Assembly (NCBI GenBank): GCA_013239625.1
Contig: MU053504.1
Span: 436,001-500,000 of the forward strand
From: Lama guanicoe
Taxonomy: Eukaryota
Length of the DNA stretch: 64,000 nt
Reading direction: 5' to 3'
Shown: piece after piece, positions 11,471 through 25,687 of the stretch
Layout: the number at the start of each line of letters is the position of its first letter
Position numbering within the stretch: the first letter of the stretch is position 1
Made by a program: the position numbers and the translations under genes
Notes under the pieces: model-generated
What the model was told of the DNA's origin: nothing
The model's input: only the letters and a program-made list of their open reading frames with translations
Database searches by the model: none

Positions 11471-14400
11471 AGGACACTACATTTCATTTAAAATTTTGAT
11501 GATCTAATGTGTATAATGCATAACTGCTTCATTGAAATGTACAAACATGAAGTGTTTTCTTTTATCCAACTGACCTCTGTCAAATCCCCATCTCATCTCA
11601 GCATCTAGGGCCTCACCAATAACTACCCGGTCACTTTGATTTTCAAACTCAGTCTAGTCTAGTTGAAAACGTTCCAACATATATCCAGTTCTCAGAGGTC
11701 TCCACTTTTGAACCCTTGCTCCTCCACTCTGGTGGGGTGGGGACGAAGAGGGAGAAAAATGAAATGTCTCTTAACTAGCCATGATGATGGGGGATCTGGG
11801 GGGAGGTGCTCTTACTCTAATTCTTACTGGGGTTTTTGTTTTTTGATGCTGGGGTCTCCAGTAGACAACATGCATAACTTGGGGAGTTGGTGAGAACTTC
11901 ATCCTGGGCTCTCAGAGAGGAGTGAAGGTCTCTGTCCAGTCCACCACAGGCTCTCAGTCCATCTGCTTCTAGTATGCTGGTGCATAGCCACCTGTGCCAC
12001 GCCACAGCTGCAGCCTCCTCTCACCTGCCTCCATTAACATTTGGAGCCCAGGAATATGAGGGCCCTCTACCTACCTTCAAAGGCCTCAGAACACTGGGAG
12101 GGGACGCAGAACTGCCCTTTTCCCTCCCTAACTCCCAGCACCATCATCCCTTCAAGCCAGCATGGGCTGTTCCCTTGGGCCTCCCACATCAGAAATTCTC
12201 CAGGTTAGAAATGGACTTGTCTCCATGTTCACAATCACCCGCATGCTCCAGAGATACTTTTCAAACCCTCTCAGGAATGCTTTCCTTACGTTTTTTTCAT
12301 CTGTTTGGTGCTATACTTCCAAAACCTAGCACAGAATAGTGCTCAAGTCTTTATTGGAAGAATGAAGGATATTGGATGGGAAACACTCAAGGGGTCTGCA
12401 GGCCTTGCAGTTCAGCAAGCCTCCAGCTGGGAGGCAGAGGCTAGTCCACTTCTTGAGGGCGCCCCTATCTCTATGAGTGACTTAGTAAGCCTGGGCCAGG
12501 GAGGGGAGTGGTAGATGTCTGGCCCCAGCAGGTGGCATCTCATTGAACACTCCCTAGTCCTCAGTTCTGGCCTGTCACAGTTCTCATCACTGGGATAATC
12601 CCTTTCAGCATCTTTTTACCCACACAAAGGTCCAGATGTCCAGCTGCTCTTGAAAAATCAGGTGCTCTGGCAACCCTGAGCCCATCCACCATAGGGCAAC
12701 AGCCAGCCAGAGCTGAAGCAGTGCCCCTTTAATCCTGCCACTGCTGTTCAGTGCCACCTGCTTCATTTGTGAATGTCATCTGCCAAGCCCTGCTGGCACT
12801 TGCATTTGGGCCACTGCTTTCATCTTTGATGGGGAAGGATGGAAATTCTCAGGAGGAGAGTCAGATGGCTGGCAGGTGAGTCAGCAATAGTAACAACTCA
12901 CCTGTGGGTGCCTAACCCCCAGGAGTGGCTTTAGTGAATGGAGATGGAGGCACAGGAATAAAAAAGAGGAGGACGGGAGACATTGGACAGAGAGAAGAAG
13001 TGGGAGAGAGAGAGAGATGGCCCTTTCTGAATGCCCTTTACCCTAAGTCACTATTGGCTCAGATGCCCGCCACCTGGGAAGAGGTTGGCATAGCAGCCAC
13101 CTTCTTCCCCTGTCCTCCCTGATCCCCTAGGGCCAGCTTCTTGCCAGGAGATCCTTCCACTCACTAACTTTCCCCCAGGCCCAGGAGAACAGCAGCCACC
13201 ACCTTGGCAGTCTGAGGCTGACCTTTGACAAGTTGCAGAGATGGAGGCCTGGAGGTCAAGGTCATGTCCTCTGCCTACATCTGGAAACCACAGTCCCATG
13301 GACTGGCCTCCTCAGTGCCAGTGTCACCCCTACAATGCACCTGCCATCAGATTCTTCCTGCCACACACATCTGCAAGCAATCATACAGCTGACAGTGAGT
13401 TCTTACCACATACCAGGCCCCCAGCTATGTACTATATCAGTATGAACTCAGAGTCCCCACAACAATGCTGTGAGTTAAGGACTGTGGTTGCCCCCACTCT
13501 ATAGATGACAAAATGCAACCCCCTCTTTATGCCTCATCTCAACACTCCAGCCCAGACCCTGCAGATCTTCTGCCCACTCCTGCCCCTTCCCGGTACACAC
13601 TGGGCTGTCTTAGGCCTCTGAGCTTATGCTCATGCTGTTCCTCACTGCCCAGAATACCTTTCCTGCTCCCCATTCTCACCCCACACTGGATACTGCCTCA
13701 TTGTTTAGGAATCCTATTAGACATCACTCCTTCCAGGAAAGCCTTCCCTACCCCCAACTTAATCAGATTCTTCCTCTGTGCCAATCACCCCACCACCACC
13801 ACCACCATCGAGCCACACAATCTCAGCCCTCTGTGCACTGCCCTGTCTCCCCAGACAGTCTGTGACCAACTCAAGGGCAGGGCCCATGTGTCTCCATAGT
13901 GCCTCACCCAGAAAAGAATGCAGATTAGGTGTGAATGAATGAACAACTGAATAGTTTACATTATTGAGTGAATTATGAAGTGCCAGGCATTGTGCTAAGT
14001 GCTTTAAAGTATCATCTCATTTACTGCTCACTGTGCCTTATGGGGAAGGTGCTGTCACTCAACAGATGAGGAGACAGGGGCTCAGGGGAATTAGGCATCC
14101 ACTTAGCATCCAGGCAATCAGACTCTGGGGCCAGCGCCCTTATACTTACGTGATCGGCAGTCCTCAGCAGACTCCCTCCATAAGGGGCTCTGTCCCCAGT
14201 CCCTCTGAGACTGGAGTAGGGAGAAAGCTCAGAAGTGCTTGGCCCCTGGGAGGAGGAAGGCAGTCATCTTGCCACTCTTTGTACCATTCAGATCTCCTGG
14301 GCCTGCCCATCTGCTTAAGGACAACCTGACCCAGAAAGAAGGTTGATTTGGGAAAAGGGTGTTGGGGCCACAGAAAAGAAGATACAGCAAGGCCAGGATT

Positions 14401-14929
14401 GCTACTGTCTTTAGTGGCTCTAGCCACTGGGGCACTGGCTCTCCTCCAAGGAGGGGGTTAGAAGCCTGGGGAGCCTGTTGACCAAATCCTACTCAACTCC
14501 ACTATGCTCCTCCCTGATACATTTCCACCAACAAGGAGCTCCCTACCACTCCAACCTAGGCAAGATCTCAGCAAGCTTCTCCTTCCCTTAGATGAAACTC
14601 ACCTCCTCGAGGACATCAAGAGGAGTCACATCAAGGGACATCACTCTCTCTGGGAGAAACCACCAGACCCAACGGAAGGGTATCTCTGTGACTCTGTCAG
14701 TGCCTCTGACACTCCACTTTCCTCTCAGACAGAACCCTTAGACAGAACCCTGCCTCCTGTGGCTTCTTCATAATGCCTCCTTTCCTCCCCTCCTCTTGCC
14801 TCTCCAAAGCTCTCCAGACATGGTATCATGGTCTTAACTTCAAAAAGTCCACTTTTTGTGTTTCCTGATCCCCTCAGTCCCCAGAGAAGGTGGAGTGGGA
14901 AAGTTTCCAGTCTCACTCTGGAGCACCAG

Positions 14930-15620
14930 AGAGGTGGAGTGATATTTTCCAAAGGCCCACAGGGAAGGGGTGCCTTCCAGGAAGAAGGAGCAGCAAGTGC
15001 AAAGGCCCTGAGGTGGGAGTGTGCCTGGTAATGTTGATTGTGCCTGCAAGGAGGCAAGCATGGCTGCAGTGGAGTGAGCAGAGGCTAGAGTGTGAGATAA
15101 GGTCAGAGAGGCATGGGGACAGATTGTACAGGGCTTTTATAGGCCACTGTGAGAGATGGACCTGAAGCTTATGCAATTTAGAGAGCCATCCCTTTTTGGA
15201 AAAAATCAAAATTACAAATAAAAGTTTGATTCAAGGACTTGGAAGGAGCCTGTGCAAGTTAAAGGCCTGGATGGTAAATCTACTTTTGACTGGTAAGAAT
15301 AGTGGCTTTTGCCTGGAGTGACAGGGAGCCATAGGATGCTTTAGAGCAGAAGAGGGACCTGACCCAATTAACCTTTGAATAGGATTCATCTGGCTGCAGA
15401 GTGGACCGTGAACTGGGGCGGAGGGTGGACAGGAGAGGAATTAGGACACTAATGAGCAACCTGGACCAGGTAGTTGTGGCTGAGGGGCGGGCAGGGATCA
15501 GATTCCGAAGGTGGAACCCATGACATCTGCTGATGGGCAGGATGGGAGGCGAGAGAGAGGTCAGAGGGTTGACCCTAAGCTTTGGGGCCTGATGCAGTTA
15601 TCACCAACTGAGGTGGGGAA
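14930..15620 (-). mobile_element. L2 fragment interrupted by a short MER69A-like hAT-Tip100 element (about 15150-15290)
   Basis: L2 motif GCAGCAAGTGCAAAGGCCCTGAGGTGGGA. The insert CCTGAAGCTTATGCAATTT...TTGGAAGGAGCCTGTGCAAG...GGTAAATC resembles both ends of the large element at 44335-46965. Confidence 0.6.
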
Positions 15621-18147
15621 GGAGAGTGAACATGGTGACTGGACCTCATACACAAGCCTCCATCTTATCTCTGATTTTCACCAACCCCCTCAAACCCCAA
15701 GGAGGCTGAGACTGAGCTTTCATTCTGCCCACTTCACAGATAAAGAAAACAATACTCAGGATGCTCAGAGAGGTAGAGTACGTTGCCCAAGGGCACACAG
15801 CCAATAAATGGCAAACCTTGGATTCAAACCCAGGTTTTACCAACTCCAAATCAGTATCTGTTCTAATACACTAGGAAAAGCAAGATTTGGGGAGCCTAGT
15901 AGTATGCTGGATGGGAGAGGCAGTTCCCACAGGTGAGGCACATTCCAGCCACCACAGGGTCCCCTGGGGCCACTTCGCATCTACCCCCAAAAAACCTGCA
16001 AAGAAAGTTCTCAGCACCCTATGCCATGCTCCTTCCTAACCCCATTTCTGATCCACTGACTGCGAGCTCTCAGCTGTAATCCTGGGGAAATGTCTTTGGC
16101 ATCGCTCAAGTTCTCTGAATTCATTGAGAAAGTAGTGACTGCCTCTGTCCATTTTACACATTTTTTAAAGGAGTTTCAGCATTAGGATGCAAAGCAGGCT
16201 TCTCTGGCTTAGAGAAAACCTGAGATTCCTGGGATTTAATCTTCTAACAGAGTTAGCCCCTGAAAACAATTCATTGCATTTAAACTGATAGGAATTGATA
16301 GTCCCATTCACTCAACAGGTTTAGTCTTCAAATGAGTCCCCCACTGTCACAATAATCCATTTGTCCTGGATTGATATTTTTATTATTATCATTATGGATT
16401 TAAAGGCCTTAGCGTATCATTTGGGGTGTTCAATTCTACCTGGAACAGCTCATGCCACTTTCTGCATCCACTACTTGCTTGGAGCCTTGACTTGTGAATC
16501 TTTCACCATCTTGAGGCTTTGTTCTTTTCAAACCACACCCCTTCAATACCAGCAATAGAACCTGGCAGGCCAAGCTGAACAGCCCTTGTCCCCTCCAGCC
16601 CTCCCCCAACCCCCTGGTCCTCGCAAAACGTGCCAGCGGGAGCAGATATTTGATCCGTTATAGAAGCTGTGATGTTACACTGCCCAGATGTTCAACCCAC
16701 TAGAATGGAGGTTCAGGTTACAAATAATCAGGGCTACTCTAGCTTACAGACCCCATACCCACCCCACCCTTCCACTCCTAAGAGTCAGTTAGGATCCATG
16801 GCCAACAGAGTAAGAAGGACTTGCACAGGGTCAGGGGGCTTACCGAAATGACCCCTTTATAGAGTCTTCACACCAATGGTCTGGAAGGCGTATACTCTCA
16901 AAGCCCCCTAGGGCCACTTAGAATGGACAACGCCCTCCTCCAGTTCTCAAACACCTTTATCTCCTTGGCCACTAGGGCCTACTTCCTTTCCTTGTCAGTG
17001 AGGAGAGTCTGGATGGAGACTGGAAACACTTGACAAGAGAAACAGAACAGTGATCAGAGTAGCTAGAGTTTCCAAGCCACCAGAATGTGCCTGGTTTCTC
17101 CCCAGATAAACTGGGGCTTTACTGCTAGGGGGGTTAGGGGAGGAAGGTTACAAATTCAGCATTTAAAAAAATTTTTTTTCTGTTAACCAGAATAAGATCA
17201 AGCTCAAGAGACACACTGTTGAGGAAGCGGAGGTAACAAAGACCCACACCGTGTCCATAGAAATACAACAAAGCCCTCACCCTTTGTTTGAAAGACCACC
17301 CCCACCCAGCTCTTGTCCAGGAAGTTAGTGAAAACTGTGCATGTGACTATATAAAACATGTGCTAAGATCTAGTCACTGCAGGTACTTCTATTCCAAGGC
17401 CAAAATCAGGCTATAGCAAATTTTGGATTTAGCCCGGCCTCACCTGGGGTCCTTTAGCAGGACCTTGCAAAATGGTGGCTATCTGACAGTGGTGGCCACC
17501 AACACGAGGTCAGAAAATGGCATGAATGGTCAGCACCTGACAAACACCCTCCCCTCCGGAAGGAGTGGACAGACGCAGACACCAGGCTCCCATTCCACAC
17601 AGGAATTCCGAGGGCAGAACAGGAGGGGCCTGACCATCCAGATCAGCCCTCTCAGATCAGTCAGGGGGACTGAGGCCTGGAGAGGGGAGGTCGTCCAGTG
17701 GTGACTTCTCCCCTCATCGTGAAGCCACCTCCCACCTTAGATGGTCAGGGCAGAAAGGGGTCCCTCCAAGGTCGCCCAACACCCATACACGGCCGATGAG
17801 GACAGCAGAGATCCCGGAATTCCCCAAGGCACGAGGAACAGGATGGGCAGCCTTCCAAACAGCTCTCAATCCTCGGAAATGCCAAGAAACCTCATCCTCC
17901 AAGGGCAGCAGTTTCCAAACTTTTGTATTTTTAGCAGCAGAAGCCATCCTTCAAACAAAACCTTATGCAAAACCTCGAGCTACAAAACAGATCAGGGGGC
18001 TGCTCTCCCAAGTGAAGCCTGGGCCAGGCCCCCCTCTGGCACCCACGACTCCTTCCACAGGGCCCTACGCAGAGCTCAGTCTGAAACCCCAGCCTTGGGA
18101 ACCTCGAAGCCCTGCAGCTGAAGCAGCCAGATAGGGTGGGCGCTTAC

Positions 18148-18948
<801 letters not shown>

Positions 18949-20084
18949 TCATCACACTAGAGGTGAAGTTGAATCAGGCAGGGTTCGCACCTAGGGGAGC
19001 CTGCCAGCCAGCGGAGGAGGCAGGGAATAAGACAATGACAGAGCAGTGCGACCCAACCCACACTAGGATCCCCTTCACCACGGGCGAGCATGTGGCTTTG
19101 GGCAATTCACTTACCCTCTCTGGGCCTCAGTTTCTCCATATATTAAATGACAGTAATACTACTACTTCCTATTGAACAGGGCTGATGTAGGGACTGAGAT
19201 AATCCATATAAAGTATTCAGTCAGTGCTCAATAAGTATCAGCAATGAACTCTTACTATGAGAGAGAAAATTTAAGTACAGCATCAGGTTCTAATCCCAGT
19301 TTCACCACTTGACCTTGGGCAAGTGATGTGACCTTTCCAGACTCAATTTTCTCATCTATTAAATGGGAATAAGCAAAACATTTCCCTCGTAGGGATGATG
19401 TGAGGATTTCATAAAATAAGGTTTGTAAGGCCCCAGCCAGTTCAATTAATGGACACTGTTGTGATGAGATGAGGATGATTGGGGGCAGGGGAAGGGATAG
19501 AGATGAAGGTGGTGTGGGAAAAGAAGAGAAAGTTAGGGAAGCTTCCAGGAGGTGGTGGTATTTGAGCCAGACCTCAGAGGATGGATAGGAAATCCCCCAG
19601 TAGTGAGAGGGGATGGAGATTCTGGACGGGGGAGGGGGCTCGGAAATCAGCTGAGACCAGCTGTCTAAGGACTCTGAAAACCAGGACAAGGGCCAGGGAG
19701 CCGAGGTGTTGGACTGGGAGTGCTAACATCTTACCTAGGTTTCAGAGAGCTCTCTCCAGCTGCTGTGTGGAGGACACTTGGGATGGGAAGGAGGAGAGTG
19801 GAGGCTAGGGAAGAACCCGACATGGTCAGGGGAAGCGTGGATGGTGGCTAAGAGGGCAAAGAGGAAGAAGCACATTTGAGAGCCATGACTGAGGTCAAAG
19901 CCAAATGCCTTTATGCAAATAGAAGATGGGAGGACCTGGATCAGGACCACAGAAGGGGAGCTGGGAGAGGAGCGGGGAAGGGGTTACTCTGCTCAAAGAG
20001 GAGACACCCCACCCAAGTACCTGAGCACACACCTGCACAGACAGACAGACAGGCAGCTCATGTGCATTTATGCCAAAGGATACC

Positions 20085-20330
20085 AGCTTTCAGCCCACGG
20101 GCCATATTTAGCTCATAGATTTTTTTGTGTTTCTGGTCTGTTCACTTGTTTTTGGTGAAACAACTGCCAATATATAAAAAACTAGAGATTTCACATTTTG
20201 AACTTTGGGTTCCTGGCTTCTCTTGCAAACTGGAAGAATTTGACCACCCTAGGTCCCATTCCTTCACAGCAACACTCAGCTGGAGCTGATGATGGAGTCC
20301 TCCCTCAGGCAGACCCAGTGCTCTGCCCCA
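20085..20330. mobile_element. MER102-like hAT-Charlie fossil (a related fragment lies at about 12620-12820)
   Basis: CAGCCCACGGGCCATATTTAGC...CTGGCTTCTCTTGCAAACTGGAAGAATTTGACCACCCTAGGTCCCATTCC resembles recalled MER102 sequence. Confidence 0.5.
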
Positions 20331-20585
20331 CAGGCCCCACCTGGTGTGTGGAACTCCTGATCACATAGCAGAACTACTCTGTCCCCCGTGCACAGTGATG
20401 TCCTGGAGGTACATATGCCCAGGGCCCCAGGCACACAGACCCAAGTCCCTATACTGCACAGAGACACCACCCCCCAGGTACAGAGTGGCTTACATGTCCT
20501 GGTGTGTCTACACATATAATACATGAGATTCTAGACATTTCTCTGCATTCCCATGCCTGAGTTGATTCTCTAGTGCTCTGCACTT

Positions 20586-20587
<2 letters not shown>

Positions 20588-20623
<36 letters not shown>

Positions 20624-20651
20624 ATGAGAGAGAGAGAGAGAGAGAGAGAGA
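20588..20651. repeat. Compound microsatellite (GT)n-(GA)n
   Basis: Visible GT run at 20588-20616 followed by a GA run at 20626-20651. Confidence 0.95.
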
Positions 20652-21725
20652 CCAGCTCCCGGGCTTAGGGAACGAAGTGAAAATGAGTGAAATGAATGAA
20701 TGAATGAAATTCAAAGAGCCTCAGTGCAAGAAGGCACGTTTTTCAATCTTTCTGATCTTCCTTCCAACATGGACTTGCATCAGACACCTCCTCTTAGCAC
20801 ACATAGGGCCTTTCATCTGAGTACAAAGCCTGTTTCCACTTACAACCCATCTCCATCCCCACGTCCCTCTTTCCTGAGTTCCAATTTAATAAATGTTCAC
20901 TGAGCACCTATACTCCCTGTCGGGCCCTATCGTGGGCACTTCACTCAGGAGTATCTTTGTATCACCCTCACCAGCCCCACAAGCAGGACATACTATTTCC
21001 ACTTACAAAACATGGCCAAGATCCCATGGCATGCATGTGGGGGACAGGAGTTGAATGCAGGTTCCCCAAAAATTGTTGTAACCTAAAAGCCTGCAAACCC
21101 ACACACACTTACACCAGCGGCATCATTCCAGCCTCCCTCCCTGGCTCTTCCAGCCCTCACTAGTACTCTCTACTTTATCCCACTGTTTAACAGCAAGTGT
21201 GTGCAGCTTGAAGGCAGGGATATGTCTGGGTTCTCAGCCCCCTGCACAGGGCTTGGAACACAGCCAGCCCTCAGGGATGGCTTGGCAACCCGCCCAGGCA
21301 GGCAGTCCTTCCCACACACAGGGTGAGTAGTGCCTACTCAGGTCCAGGCTCTGCCCAGACTGCTCCTACTTTCCGGTAAACCAAGAGAGGTATGTTCATT
21401 GGCTCTTTTTTACTCTTGGCACCAAAAGCATCTTCCGGAGTGCCCAACCACTAACAGGGACTGGCGGTGACCCTTTCTGCCCAGTTGGTGTCCAAAGGGT
21501 CCCCCTTCCAGGTCTTCAGCACCCTCCACAGAACTCAGCCCCTGGAGTGGCCCAGGAACCCGTTTTCCAGACCGGCACATTGATGCCTCCAGATCGCAGA
21601 GGAAACCCAAGGCACCCAAGTTCTGGGAGCAGGGCTCTCTTTCACCTGTCAGGAACCCAGAACTTTTTCCTTAAGATGCCAGCAGAGTTAGGAAGAGGGT
21701 AGAGAAAAGGAAGGCTCACTCTCAC

Positions 21726-21902
21726 CTGGAGTTGAGATGTCTCATGCACAGGTCCAGAAATACCCACCACATACACAAGGGCATGTCCCATCAATTACCC
21801 AAAACATAAGCAGAAACAAACTGACAGTGATGCTGGTGTCCACTGCTCACAACCCACAACTGCACCAGTTACACTCCAATTTTATCTGCAGTCCAACAGC
21901 AC
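21726..21902 (-). other. TMEM74B: Candidate non-coding 5' UTR exon of TMEM74B, 177 nt
   Basis: On the minus strand, acceptor gtgtctttcag|G at 21902 and donor CCAG|gtgaga at 21726. It lies between the CpG island and the coding exon. No transcript evidence is available. Confidence 0.45.
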
Positions 21903-22269
21903 CTGAAAGACACACCCCGCTTCCACACTCAAACCCCCAGGGGCCTTTGCCATATGTAGCATTCACAGACACGAGAAGCCACGCAGTGTGACCCCACAGA
22001 TCCATAGACCACATTGGTACCCACACCCCAGGAAGGGACAGAGGTGGTTACACACATACACACACAGAGTTTACTACCCTTAGGACTGCTAAGATCTAAG
22101 CCAGGCCCAGCACCCCACCCACTGGCGCGCACTAATACGGGGGGGGGGGAGGGGAGACGCACAGCAGGAGGGGGTGAAGCTTCACAAAACCCAATCGATA
22201 GACACACGCACGAGTTGTACACAAAGCCTCGGGCGCGCACATACATCCACGCTGTTAAACCCAAAGTTC

Positions 22270-23340
22270 CTCGCAGAAAGCCCCAGCACCCCGGGTGCCC
22301 GCCGCACCCGCGCGCAAGCCAGCCCGCGGCTCACACCCCCTACTCCTGCCCTGGACCACAAACGCCGCCGGGCCAGGCCAGGCCAGGCCGGACCTGGCCA
22401 GGCGGCGCCGGCAGCCCGGCGGCCAGGCGGCCCAGGGAGGCCCGGCTGTGCGGGGCCCGGCGTGCGCTCGGGTCCCCTCGCCGCGTGTCCTTCGGCCGGG
22501 CCGCGAGGTCAGGTTAGCTCTCCTTGGCCGCCCCTCCCCGCCTCGGGCCCTCAGCCTCCCACCGTGCCCCCGCAGTCCCCTCTTCGCGTGCGTACCTGCC
22601 GGGCCTCCCTCCCTGTCTCCCCACGCGGGAGGCGAGGGCGCCCGGCGACGGCGAGAGCGCGTCCTCCCCCGGCGCCCGCCCGCCTCTCCGCAGCCGGCGC
22701 CCGCTCGCCGGTGTCTGTGCTGCGGCGCAGCCCGGGAGGGAGCGGGCCCGGCCGCCGCCGCCTCTTCCTCCCTGGCTCCCGCCCCATTCCCGGCCGGGCC
22801 CGGCGCGGAGCCGCTGCCGAGGCGCACGTACCTGCTCGCGCAGCACGGGGGTGTACGGCGGCGGCCGCGGCCGCTGGGCGCTCGGGGGAGGGAGGGACGG
22901 GGAAGGGGCGGGAGCCGGGGATCGCCGAGCGCAGCGGATCGAGCTCCGCCCGCGGCCGGCGAGGGCGCCCGGAGAGTTAGCGCGGGGAGGCACTGGGAGG
23001 CGGGTAACAGACGGGGGCGAGGGTGCGGAGACAGGGCTCCATGCCCCTCCCGCTCCCCTCTGGGCAGATCTGTTTCCCAGCTCCCGGGCTTAGGGAACTG
23101 AAGCCTCCAGCCCGCGGGGCTGGGGCGCAGGGGCGGGGCGCGGGGGTGGGTGCTGAAGGAGACCCCTCCCCCGCCGCCAGCCTCGCCCGGGGGCTGGGGA
23201 GCCCCCACTGCACCGAGCCCCCACGCTTCCTCCGCCCGCACGCGCTCCCACACACGCAGCCCGCAGGTAGGATCCAGGGTCCTCTCCGAGGTCCTTAGAT
23301 CGGGATAGTCTGCTCTGGCGCGTGCAGCTCCGTGGCTCAA
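22270..23340 (-). promoter_or_regulatory. TMEM74B: CpG island, promoter and first exon(s) of TMEM74B
   Basis: Very GC- and CpG-dense stretch, with a GC box GGGGCGGGGC near 23130. Two minus-strand donors CAG|GTACG would end exons at 22832 and 22596. Confidence 0.85.
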
Positions 23341-23357
23341 GGGCGCCACCTGAAGGC
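23341..23357 (-). promoter_or_regulatory. Putative CTCF site
   Basis: Minus strand GCCTTCAGGTGGCGCCC closely matches the CTCF core CCASYAGRKGGCRS. It sits at the CpG island edge. Confidence 0.5.
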
Positions 23358-24339
23358 TGAAAGGAAGCCTCTGAGGAATCCATCTTTTTCCGTGGGACAG
23401 TACGGTGCACTGCCCAAGATCGGTGTTCTCTTGGAACACTGCCAGTGGCCACACACTTTCGCCCCAGGAGGCCTCTTCAGCTGGGCTCTCTTTTCCTTCA
23501 TTATTATCCTTATTTCTGAAAGTTGTGATTTTCTTTGAGTGCCAGCCTCCTTTATCAAACTGGCAGCTCCTGGAAGACAGAGCCCCTGTCTGGTGCCCCC
23601 AGAGCCCAGAGGTGGGTGTACATGAACAGGTGGTGAGTAGCGCTGATTTCACTGCTTCTTTCCTTTACAGGGCTCAGATTAAGGTGAGTCAAGTGGGGTG
23701 CCTAGAGCACAAATACTAAGGAGACATTCCCTCTTTGGGGGCCCTAGCCCAGCCCAGAGAGGAGTTTGGTCTGAAGATCATGGGGTTTCCAGAAGTCTTG
23801 GTGGCCAACTCGCTCTCGTCACCTCAAGTACGTCCTCTCGCCTCTCTTGAGTCTCAATGGTCACTTCTGCCAATGGGATCGTGAAAATGCCGGCTCCGGG
23901 GGCTTTGGGAAGGGCAGCAGAGGTCAGCCACCTGGAAGGACAGGCAGATGAGGATGCCCTGTCCTGGCTCCTCAGCCGCCTCATGGGAAAGCCTGACCTG
24001 TCCTGCTCCAAAGGCCTGTGCTGTCCTCGACCAGCAGGACAGTGGAGGCCACTCAGGAAGCCAGGGGCCCGGGCCTTCGAGGCCAGTGTGGCAGAGACCT
24101 GGGCAGGATCTCCAGGGATGGGAGGGCTTCCTGCCTTCCAGAGGCCTGGCCTGTCATTAGAGACTTCTAAAGGAAGCTGGCTCTGGCACCAGATTCCCAT
24201 GCAAATCCCAGCTCCACCATTCATGAGTGTGCAGCCTTGTGCAAAGGAGTCCCTTCTCAGAGCTCAGTCTCCTCATCTGTGAAATGGATTTAGTAAGGGT
24301 TATGGGGATCAGATGAGATACTCCCTGTAAACCACTCAC

Positions 24340-25210
24340 AGTTCGCTCCCTCAGTCCTGCCTCAGAGCCTTTGCTCTTCCTTCTACCTGGAACTCTTTTA
24401 TTCCTGAGACCCCCAGAGCTTGTCCTCACTTCCTTCAAGTCTTTACTCAAATGTCACCCTCTCAGAGACACCTCCCCAACATTATCTGTTTAAAACTCAC
24501 AATGTCCCATCACCCTTTACTCCTTCACTCTGAATTTTTCTCCATAGCATTTATCAACTCCTGACATTAGCTTGCCTCTTTCTTTGTTTATTGTCACCAC
24601 CACAAAAATAGGTGTTAAGAGACAAGGGCTTTGCCTGTTTCCTTCCCTGCTATATCCCCAGAGACTAGAAAAGGGGCCAACACATAGGAGGCCCTTGATA
24701 AATAGTTATTGAATAGAGAATGATGGAAATAAGCAAATATTTATTGAACTCCTATTATATACTGATTAACTAGGTAGGCTTCATCCCTACCCTGAAGAAG
24801 CTTGTATTCTAGTGGCAGAAAAGGGTAAGTAAATGTAATAGTGTCATCAAGCAAAGGTACTCAATTCTGTGCAAGCCTTCAACAAGGTGCTGACCTAGTC
24901 TGGGAGACAGGTTGGCTCCCCCTGAAGAAGTGAGAATTGAAAGGATGAATAGGAAGCAGCCAGATAAAGAGAGCAAGGAAGAGAGCAAGTGGAGGGACTG
25001 GCATGAGCAAAGGCCCTGGGGTAGCAGGGAGTACAGAGAGTGTGACGTTTGATGGAGACCATGGTGGTTGCCATGAAGGACTCAGTAAGGAACACGGAAG
25101 ATCAGGCTGGACTATCCAGCAAGCCAGGTCACTGCAAATCCTCGTAAGCCAAGAAGTTGGTTCTTTATATGCAGAACAGTGGGGAATCATTGATCAGTGT
25201 GAGTGAAGGG
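24340..25210. mobile_element. Two L2 fragments in opposite orientation, joined near 24720
   Basis: CTCAAATGTCACCCTCTCAGAGA...GATAAATAGTTATTGAAT is an L2 3' end. It is followed by CAAATATTTATTGAAC...GCATGAGCAAAGGCCCTGG in the antisense orientation. Confidence 0.65.
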
Positions 25211-25254
25211 TTAACAAAAACTTTTCCTCTTCTGCATGAGAATTTGACCTTTGG

Positions 25255-25629
25255 TTAACTGTCTAGCTCTGTTTCCTTGGAAACAGATAAACATATGTCC
25301 ACTAGGTTACTAGGCAACATTACTATGATAAAAATGATCCTGAAGAGGAGGCTAGAATGATCCATGTGGTAGTGGATTATGAACTTCTGTTTAGCTGAAT
25401 ATAGATACAGATGATTACATACTTATGATACATATTATAGATATCTATATATGTGTACACACACAAGTTAGTATACACTATATTTCCTTTCTTTGTTAGC
25501 TGAGAGGACCTAGCTGCATAATGATATTGCATTGGAACAAGCACACCAAGTACTCAGACCTTGGTTTCTAATACCCTTCTCCAGTAAGAGGAACCAGGAG
25601 GAAATGGATGATTCTAGGGCTGGAGCAGG

Positions 25630-25687
<58 letters not shown>

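Noticed and set aside
14727..14751. AGACAGAACCCT direct tandem pair
   Set aside because: Ordinary local tandem duplication.
22014..23652. Several long overlapping ORFs (up to 465 aa) on both strands
   Set aside because: Expected from stop-codon scarcity in a CpG island. The products are low-complexity Ala/Gly/Pro/Arg sequences, mostly without ATG starts.
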